NCBI GenBank assembly: GCA_030390025.1
Contig: CM059434.1
Coordinates: 85,126,001-85,190,000 of the forward strand
Length of the DNA stretch: 64,000 nucleotides
Direction of reading: 5' to 3'
DNA from: Squalus acanthias
Lineage: Eukaryota
Shown: piece after piece, positions 62,001-64,000 of the stretch
How positions within the stretch are numbered: position 1 is the stretch's first letter
Layout: every line of letters starts with the position of its first letter
Program-made: the position numbers and the translations under genes
The notes under the pieces: generated by a model
The model's database searches: none
The model's input: only the letters and a program-made list of their open reading frames with translations
Told to the model about the DNA's origin: nothing

Positions 62001-63755
62001 CTAACTTGCATGCATTCCATGAATTCATCCTCCACACTATTACTGCAAATTTGGTTTGCCCAGTCTATATGTAGATTAAAGTCCCCTATGATTACTGTAT
62101 TACCCTTGTTACATGCGCCTCTAATTTCCTGATTTATACTCTGCCCTACATTACAACTACTGTTTGGGGGCCTATAAACAACTCGCAGCAATATTTTCTG
62201 CCTTTTAGCTCCACCCAAACTGATTCTACTTCTTGATTTTCGGAGCCAAGATCCTTTCTCTCTACTGTCTATCCCATCCTTTATCAGGGCTATCCCTCCT
62301 CCTTTTCCATTTTGCCTATCTCTTCTAAAAGTTAAGTATTCTGGAATATTTAGTTCCCAACCTTGGCCACTTTGCAACCACGTCTCCGTTATGGCTATTA
62401 GATCAAACCTGTTAATTTCTATCTGCGCTATTAATTCACCTATTTTGTTGAGAATGCTTCGCGCAGATATAGAGCCTTTAGCTTGGACTTATTTCTCTTT
62501 TTCCCTGATGTCACCTTAGTCACTCATGCCTTATTACCTTTGTTACTCTTTCTGTCCCTTCCTGATCCACTCCGCTTATTTTTATCCAAAACTCTACTCT
62601 GTTCTACAGCCTTGACATTTCTCTCGCTGCTTTTAAATTTACTCTTTCCTGAATCCTCCCACCCCCCCTCATTAGTTTAAAACACTGTCTACTGCCCTAG
62701 TTAATTGGTTCGCCAGGACACTGGTCCCAGCCCTGTTTAAGTGGAGCCCGTCCCAACTGAACAGCTCCCTCTTTCCCTAGTGCTGGTGCCAGTGCCCCAT
62801 GAACTGAAACCCCTTCCTCCCACACCACTCTTTGAGCCACACACTTAAACCTCTAATCTATTTGTCCCTATGCCAATTTGTGTGTGGCTCAGGTAACAAT
62901 CCAGAGATTATTACCTTTGAGGTTCTACTTTTTAATTTGGATTCTAGCTCCTCAAACTCACTCAGCAGAACCTCATTCCTAGTTCTACTTATGTCATTGG
63001 TTCCTACGTGGACCACGACAACTGGATCCTCCCCCTCCCACTCCAAGTTCTTCTCCAGCCGTGAGGAGCTGTCTTTAACCCTGGCACTGGGCAGGCAACA
63101 CAACTTTCGGAACTCTTGTTTATATTTTGTTTTATAATAACAGGTAAATATGATCAATTATGAAGCAAGTAACAGGGAGTAACTATTCTGAAGTTAAGGC
63201 AATTTTTTGGAGCAGAGGTGGGGAGCTATACCCTACCTGGGATATTGGTATGGTACCAAATGTGAAGAAATAATGTATTAGCAACACAAAAATAAACCAC
63301 ATCATAGAATAAATGGGGGGAAAATACATCCTGCACCATCACAAATTGTTACAAATGGAAAAACCTCAGTGGGCTGTGGAAGGGGTTGTGTGTTGCTATG
63401 GATACAGGCGATGTTCTGAGCGTGTGCTATAGGTAATCCTCTGACCTCTGATAATGTCGAGCGATAATGTGAAACGGGGCTTCTGATTGTCCGGGTGGGC
63501 CAATAATGATGTTCAATGCCTCATTTGAAATATCTAAGTAATTACAAGCAACCGAGTGAGACCAGTCAGCCTCTGCCTTCGTGTACTTACAGTTTAGAGC
63601 TGTAGAGAGGCATGGAGGCACTCGCTAAGATTTCAGCACTTTTGGAGTGCCTGCTGGCATCAGAATAGCTCCCAGTGGCGGTACGGTATCCGTGCAATGC
63701 CAGGTTGAGTGTCACCTCACAGGGCAATTGCCTAATTTCAATGGGCATGTATATT
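349..63755 (-). CDS. PIK3C2G: Class II phosphatidylinositol 3-kinase gamma, partial gene span (15 internal coding exons; 5' and 3' ends outside the window)
   Basis: All introns are GT-AG with matching phases, giving 2044 nt of uninterrupted frame. Kinase motifs [15 protein letters not shown] and DFG are intact. AVKFEW, AGWCV, [19 protein letters not shown] and YVYNNLRP match recalled C2-gamma rather than C2-alpha or C2-beta. Confidence 0.93.
1654..1763 (-). CDS. PIK3C2G: PIK3C2G exon ([36 protein letters not shown])
   Basis: Acceptor cttcag|ATG, donor AG|gttgaa, 110 nt. Absent from the ORF track. Confidence 0.95.
1990..2630. mobile_element. Non-autonomous DNA transposon (Harbinger-type MITE)
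   Basis: TIRs GGGCCAGAACTTGCT and AGCAAGTTCTGGTCC match at 14 of 15 positions. The 3-bp flanks are att and agt. Confidence 0.75.
3340..3592 (+). mobile_element. Penelope-like element derivative with inverted pseudo-LTR (perfect palindrome 3337-3559)
   Basis: Perfect 111-bp arms surround a 1-nt centre at 3448. A 13-bp TSD ttcctgtagcaca lies at 3327-3339 and 3593-3605. A hammerhead core is present in the arm. Confidence 0.85.
3468..3504 (+). ncRNA. Minimal type I hammerhead ribozyme motif (mirror copy on the minus strand at 3392-3428)
   Basis: TCAC-CTGACGA-A-GGAGC(agc)GCTCC-GAAA-GCTT-GTGA. Stem I is tcac/gtga, stem II is ggagc/gctcc and stem III is the palindrome AAGCTT. Confidence 0.7.
3899..4378 (+). 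mobile_element. Penelope-like retroelement 3' fragment (GIY-YIG endonuclease C-terminus plus pLTR)
   Basis: Highly similar to 37268-37931 ([15 protein letters not shown]...GLNIEF). The hammerhead core at 4274-4310 has GAAAt instead of GAAAc. Confidence 0.85.
4418..4933. mobile_element. Probable Harbinger-type MITE
   Basis: GC-rich block bounded by degenerate termini gggcttcatttaaac and gttgaaaatctcccc. No clear TSD. Confidence 0.45.
5174..5782. mobile_element. Probable Harbinger-type MITE
   Basis: Termini ggcctgaaattcc and ggaattctgcccc form an imperfect inverted repeat around a GC-rich interior. Confidence 0.55.
5887..6043 (-). CDS. PIK3C2G: PIK3C2G exon ([20 protein letters not shown]...LLMNLLEL)
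   Basis: Acceptor aaccag|G, donor CTG|gtaaga, 157 nt. Confidence 0.96.
6133..6505 (-). mobile_element. tRNA-derived SINE (Deu-domain / SacSINE1-like)
   Basis: Reverse-complement homolog of the copies at 7203 and 29758, with a Pol III A/B-box head and an L2-like tail. Confidence 0.75.
6555..6724 (-). CDS. PIK3C2G: PIK3C2G exon, catalytic and activation loops ([14 protein letters not shown]...DRHNDN...[12 protein letters not shown])
   Basis: Acceptor gactag|GCT after a T tract, donor AG|gttagt, 170 nt. Confidence 0.97.
7203..7655 (+). mobile_element. tRNA-derived SINE (Deu-domain / SacSINE1-like)
   Basis: A box tggttcagtggg, B box gggttcaagtcc, conserved core cagtactgagggagcgctgcac, tail aaggtgctattgaaatgc. 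Confidence 0.8.
8634..8918 (-). mobile_element. L2-clade LINE 3' end
   Basis: Encodes [13 protein letters not shown]...[10 protein letters not shown] and is homologous to 24150-24725. Confidence 0.8.
9953..10089 (-). CDS. PIK3C2G: PIK3C2G exon ([16 protein letters not shown]...NPTKELHRN)
   Basis: Acceptor ttgcag|GA, donor AAT|gtgagc, 137 nt. Kinase hinge region. Confidence 0.95.
10369..11057. mobile_element. Probable non-autonomous DNA transposon with GC-rich ends and AT-rich core
   Basis: The left end gggccggatttt resembles Harbinger TIRs elsewhere in the window. The right end is degenerate. Confidence 0.45.
11066..11172 (+). mobile_element. Penelope pLTR fragment with hammerhead core (11070-11106)
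   Basis: AGTT-CTGATGA-AAGGTC(atc)GACCT-GAAA-CGTC-AACT, which includes the canonical GUC cleavage triplet. Confidence 0.8.
11384..11513 (-). CDS. PIK3C2G: PIK3C2G exon ([22 protein letters not shown]...STGRGR)
   Basis: Acceptor ttccag|TCA, donor G|gtctgt, 130 nt. Carries the GDDLRQD motif. Confidence 0.96.
11912..12125. repeat. Old imperfect palindrome (hairpin MITE-like)
   Basis: Arms of about 90 bp are imperfect reverse complements (tccacatttataa / ttataaatgtgga; tgtaatgacaccct / agggtgtaattaca). A related half-copy lies near 19860-19930. Confidence 0.65.
13235..13675. repeat. Pyrimidine-rich degenerate tandem repeat / low complexity
   Basis: Recurrent ccctcac, tgttcca and ttccc units. 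Confidence 0.75.
14083..14175 (-). CDS. PIK3C2G: PIK3C2G exon, kinase N-lobe ([31 protein letters not shown])
   Basis: Acceptor gaaaag|GCT, donor AAG|gtagga, 93 nt. It ends on the ATP-binding lysine. Confidence 0.95.
14340..14795 (+). mobile_element. tRNA-derived SINE, diverged copy
   Basis: B box gggttcaagtcc; body and tail match the copy at 7203. Confidence 0.75.
15540..16266. mobile_element. Cluster: SINE head (+, 15540-15685), SINE tail (-, 15790-16005), L2 ORF2 fragment (+, 16010-16266)
   Basis: Homology to the other SINE copies. The L2 piece encodes [10 protein letters not shown]...[13 protein letters not shown]. Confidence 0.7.
16555..16985 (+). mobile_element. tRNA-derived SINE
   Basis: Same family as 7203, with tail gatgctatataaatgtatg. 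Confidence 0.75.
17229..17347 (+). repeat. 45-bp tandem repeat, about 2.6 copies
   Basis: tccacagtgactg...acacatccccaa recurs at 17229, 17274 and 17319. Confidence 0.9.
17347..18003. mobile_element. GC-rich Harbinger-type MITE, left end truncated; inverted relative of 20330-21150
   Basis: aagagggcgcaaagcaa at its left edge is the reverse complement of the right subterminal region of the 20330 element. Many agcgcc motifs; right end aatttttagccc. Confidence 0.65.
18010..18990 (-). mobile_element. Decayed CR1 LINE ORF2 (RT) fragment; its 3' end probably lies at about 17020-17230
   Basis: Minus-strand translation [14 protein letters not shown]...RQQDVLNG matches the CR1 RT motif [23 protein letters not shown] seen at 44090. 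Confidence 0.7.
18995..19320 (-). mobile_element. Non-LTR retrotransposon 3' end with poly(A) tail
   Basis: Encodes [11 protein letters not shown] and ends in ggcaattagggatgggcaataaatgc plus an A tract. Same family as 63806-64000. Confidence 0.7.
19470..19577 (-). CDS. PIK3C2G: PIK3C2G exon ([36 protein letters not shown])
   Basis: Acceptor ttgcag|ACT, donor ACT|gtaagt, 108 nt. Carries the CRLPLNP motif. Confidence 0.93.
20330..21150. mobile_element. Harbinger-type MITE, complete
   Basis: TIRs GGGGGGAAACTTGGT and ACCACATTTTCCCCCC; 3-bp TSD tag at 20327-20329 and 21151-21153; many agcgcc/ggcgct subterminal motifs. Confidence 0.8.
21634..21770. repeat. Perfect 42-bp tandem duplication followed by a (TA)n/(CA) microsatellite
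   Basis: attgggaaacagttaaaattaataaaaaggaagaaccttacc occurs at 21634 and 21676. (TA)n runs from about 21721 to 21756. Confidence 0.92.
21912..22092 (-). CDS. PIK3C2G: PIK3C2G exon ([11 protein letters not shown]...[11 protein letters not shown])
   Basis: Acceptor ccgcag|G, donor TCG|gtgagt, 181 nt. Confidence 0.93.
22640..23260 (-). mobile_element. CR1 LINE 3' fragment
   Basis: Homologous to the CR1 3' ends at 57809 and 59605 (ctcgagcctgctccgccattcaat). Confidence 0.8.
24150..24725 (+). mobile_element. L2-clade LINE 3' end with internal minisatellite
   Basis: Encodes [12 protein letters not shown]...[17 protein letters not shown]...[14 protein letters not shown] and ends in a (gtt)n tail. 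Confidence 0.85.
24284..24458 (+). repeat. 25-bp minisatellite, 7 copies
   Basis: cctccaactctggtctcttgcgcat x7; one copy starts cccccaac. No spacers. Confidence 0.95.
26336..27752. mobile_element. Cluster of Harbinger-type MITE pieces with an internal 95-bp duplication
   Basis: Left end gggggtcatttt. Right-end-like aaaatcaggacc and aaaatcgggacc occur at about 27157 and 27751. Confidence 0.5.
27799..27893 (-). CDS. PIK3C2G: PIK3C2G exon, helical domain ([32 protein letters not shown])
   Basis: Acceptor caacag|GCA, donor TG|gtaagt, 95 nt. Confidence 0.94.
29044..29570 (-). mobile_element. L2-clade LINE 3' end
   Basis: Reverse-complement homolog of 24150-24725, with a single copy of the unit amplified there. 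Confidence 0.85.
29758..30220 (+). mobile_element. tRNA-derived SINE, well preserved
   Basis: Head gtggttcagtgggtagcacactcgcctctgagtcagaaggttgtgggttcaagtc; tail aaggtgctataaaaatgcaag. Confidence 0.82.
30636..30729 (-). CDS. PIK3C2G: PIK3C2G exon, helical domain ([31 protein letters not shown])
   Basis: Acceptor gataag|T, donor CAG|gtaaat, 94 nt. Carries the PI3K YLPQLVQ motif. Confidence 0.94.
31745..32625 (-). mobile_element. Two CR1 LINE 3' fragments (about 31745-32155 and 32288-32625)
   Basis: Encodes [13 protein letters not shown]...[14 protein letters not shown]; both pieces have CR1-type tails. Confidence 0.8.
35285..35715 (+). mobile_element. CR1 LINE 3' fragment
   Basis: ctaattgaggtgtttaagatgattaaaggg ... 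ggctgaatggcctcctcctgttcct. Confidence 0.8.
36789..36980 (-). CDS. PIK3C2G: PIK3C2G exon, helical domain ([13 protein letters not shown]...[12 protein letters not shown]...[10 protein letters not shown])
   Basis: Acceptor ttgcag|G, donor AG|gtagga, 192 nt. Confidence 0.93.
37268..37931 (+). mobile_element. 5'-truncated Penelope-like retroelement with TSD
   Basis: GIY-YIG C-terminus [12 protein letters not shown]...CHFN...[24 protein letters not shown]; hammerhead core at 37795-37831; 13-bp TSD tcaattaatatca at 37255-37267 and 37932-37944. Confidence 0.88.
38751..39561. mobile_element. Harbinger-type MITE, complete
   Basis: TIRs GGGCGCGATCTTGCCA and TGGCAAAATCGCCCCC match at 14 of 16 positions. 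Flanks cta and tta are TWA-like. Confidence 0.8.
40051..40155 (-). mobile_element. Penelope pLTR fragment with hammerhead core (40111-40147)
   Basis: The reverse complement reads AGTT-CTGACGA-AAGATC(agc)GACCT-GAAA-CGTT-AACT. Confidence 0.78.
40200..40496 (+). mobile_element. Older CR1 3' fragment, split by the long CR1 and resuming at about 45192-45312
   Basis: ...gaaaggaatagaaggata on the left joins tattgatagggtgagatg...ggcctgtttctgtgctgta on the right. Confidence 0.75.
40744..40941 (+). repeat. 73-74-bp tandem repeat (about 2.7 copies) in the CR1 5' UTR
   Basis: gaggc(c/t)cggtgagtatctaaactcactttcgcgggcttttgttt occurs at 40744, 40817 and 40891. Confidence 0.9.
41228..42175 (+). CDS. CR1 ORF1p: zinc finger, leucine zipper and SGNH/GDSL esterase (intact, 315 aa)
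   Basis: CSSC...CGKC, heptad leucines, GDSIVRG, HIGTND and DGLH motifs. Confidence 0.88.
   Translation: MAGQPSPVLCSSCSMWEIRDPSGVPDEHVCGKCIQLQLLTARIAALELRLDAYWSIRDAENLVDRTFSELVTPQVKGVQAGREWVTTRQSRRCRQVVQGSPVAIPLSNRYTALDTVGGNDLGEGSSSQLPGTMGGSAAQAGRKKSGRAIVIGDSIVRGIDRRFCGRNRDSRMVCCLPGARVKDVSERLQNILEGEGEQPAVVVHIGTNDIGKKGDEVLKAEYRELGGKLKNRTSKIVISGLLPVPRASQSRNRRIFQMNTWLEEWCKGEGFKFLGHWNRFWGRWDQYKADGLHLGRAGTAVLGGVFASAVGEDLN
42175..45107 (+). pseudogene. CR1 ORF2 (APE endonuclease plus reverse transcriptase), disrupted
   Basis: [30 protein letters not shown] and FADDTK motifs. One in-frame stop (42436) and three frameshifts (about 43120, 43555 and 44878). Confidence 0.9.
45773..45995. mobile_element. 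Penelope-derived inverted pLTR remnant
   Basis: agaaaatgctggaaac...gcagcatcagtggaga is the inverted copy of tctccacagacgctgc...gtttccagcattttct. The hammerhead core is eroded. Confidence 0.7.
46690..47088 (+). mobile_element. L2-clade LINE 3' end
   Basis: Homologous to 24150-24725, with tail ggcgctatataaatgcaagttgttg. Confidence 0.82.
47100..48060 (-). mobile_element. Decayed CR1 ORF2 fragment
   Basis: Minus-strand [25 protein letters not shown] and VSKFTD remnants. Confidence 0.7.
48278..48411 (-). CDS. PIK3C2G: PIK3C2G exon ([11 protein letters not shown]...QQKHSLL)
   Basis: Acceptor atgcag|ATA, donor TT|gtaagt, 134 nt. It starts with the class II 'LQ|IDFP' junction. Confidence 0.88.
50899..51015. 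mobile_element. hAT-superfamily MITE (117 bp)
   Basis: TIRs CAATGTTCC and GGAACACTG; perfect 8-bp TSD ctgtccac at 50891-50898 and 51016-51023. Confidence 0.88.
51166..51572 (-). mobile_element. CR1 LINE 3' fragment
   Basis: Tail aagaacataagaaataggagcagg; closely similar to 59605-59990. Confidence 0.88.
51337..51351 (+). mobile_element. 15-bp Penelope 3'-terminal micro-insertion
   Basis: ggcatctccgcatca is identical to 3578-3592 and is flanked by a 12-bp TSD ttgaatatactc (51325-51336 and 51352-51363). Confidence 0.85.
51925..51988 (+). promoter_or_regulatory. Putative promoter of the Harbinger Myb gene
   Basis: CCAAT at 51925, 18-bp palindrome tcaggtgacgtcacctga containing a CRE (51943-51960), and TATTTAAA at 51981, about 70 bp upstream of the ATG at 52053. 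Confidence 0.55.
52053..53954 (+). pseudogene. Harbinger Myb/SANT-like DNA-binding protein; 3 exons (52053-52284, 52628-52784, 52941-53954); frameshifted
   Basis: [15 protein letters not shown]...IAEEVN...[13 protein letters not shown], then [15 protein letters not shown]. Introns are GT-AG. The basic C-terminus is RRSTRKRK and AATAAA follows at 54024. Frameshifts near 52190 and 53088. Confidence 0.82.
54241..55465 (-). pseudogene. Harbinger (HARBI1-like, DDE_Tnp_4) transposase, disrupted in its N-terminus
   Basis: [53 protein letters not shown] and CCALH motifs. A frameshift near 55272 and a TGA at 55204-55206 precede an open 312-aa core. Confidence 0.9.
56056..56083 (+). repeat. (CAG)n microsatellite
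   Basis: About 9 perfect cag units. Confidence 0.9.
57270..57345 (-). CDS. PIK3C2G: PIK3C2G exon, end of C2 domain ([25 protein letters not shown])
   Basis: Acceptor aaacag|A, donor CAG|gtaagc, 76 nt. Phases fit both neighbouring exons. Confidence 0.82.
57502..57651. mobile_element. Short MITE
   Basis: Perfect 13-bp inverted termini agggcaaattcag and ctgaatttgccct. Confidence 0.65.
57675..57808. mobile_element. Short Harbinger-type MITE
   Basis: Termini ggccgggaatttcct and aggaaattcctggc. The right end abuts a CR1 tail. Confidence 0.6.
57809..59275 (-). mobile_element. Young 5'-truncated CR1 LINE (RT domain, one frameshift near 58915)
   Basis: ORFs 58913-59275 and 57900-58895 carry [18 protein letters not shown] and FADDTK; tail (cttctatg). 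Confidence 0.92.
59277..59462 (+). mobile_element. CR1 3' end of a different subfamily
   Basis: gaaagggtggtggaagcag...gaatggcctccttctgtgctgtatgattctatgat. Confidence 0.75.
59605..63112 (-). mobile_element. Long CR1 LINE: ORF1 esterase C-terminus plus fragmented ORF2
   Basis: [10 protein letters not shown]...VHVGTND (ORF1); YRPP, GDFN, SDHN and FADDTK in several shifted ORFs; complete 3' tail. Confidence 0.9.
63591..63755 (-). CDS. PIK3C2G: PIK3C2G exon, C2 domain ([22 protein letters not shown]...ASMPLYSSK)
   Basis: Acceptor tttcag|A, donor CT|gtaagt, 165 nt. It carries the PI3K-C2 'I..LP.E..L.L.L.G' pattern and is absent from the ORF track. Confidence 0.88.
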
Positions 63756-63805
63756 CTGAAACAGAAACAGCATCTTGTTTAATCCAAACCAGAAAACAGT
63801 TCTCT

Positions 63806-64000
63806 TAAAAAAAAAAAATTCTCGGGATATAGCCATCGTTAGCAAGGCCAGTATTTATTGCCCATCCCTAGTTGCCCGTGAGAAGGCTGTGGTAAGCCGC
63901 CATTTTGAACCGCTGCAGTCCGCATGGTGTAGGTTCTCCCACAGTGCTGTTAGGTAGGGAGGCCCAGGATTTTGACCCAGCGCCGACTTCTGTGCCTGAT
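63806..64000 (-). mobile_element. Non-LTR retrotransposon 3' end with poly(A); runs off the window
   Basis: Homologous to 18995-19320. Confidence 0.7.

Noticed and set aside
349-63755. Assignment to PIK3C2A or PIK3C2B
   Set aside because: AGWCV, AVKFEW, [16 protein letters not shown] and YVYNNLRP fit recalled C2-gamma sequence. A phylogeny would be decisive.

Overview
This window is eukaryotic, vertebrate genomic DNA; the repeat families suggest a cartilaginous fish such as a shark (inference). It lies entirely inside one minus-strand gene, the class II PI 3-kinase gamma (PIK3C2G). I rebuilt 15 consecutive GT-AG coding exons (63755 down to 349, 2044 nt, all phases consistent, no stops). They cover the end of the C2 domain, the helical domain, the full kinase domain and the start of the PX domain; both gene ends lie outside the window. 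The introns are rich in transposons: a near full-length CR1 LINE, a two-gene Harbinger/PIF element (Myb/SANT protein plus DDE transposase) nested in a larger TIR element, many MITEs, L2 3' ends, tRNA-derived SINEs and Penelope-like elements (PLEs). The most interesting signals are: minimal hammerhead ribozyme cores in two PLE families with compensatory stem changes; a perfect 223-bp PLE palindrome with a 13-bp TSD; a 15-bp PLE micro-insertion with a 12-bp TSD; and a Harbinger splice acceptor in frame with a host exon. No prokaryotic system or CRISPR array is present. Family assignments come from motif recall, not database searches, and repeat boundaries are approximate unless a TIR or TSD is quoted.
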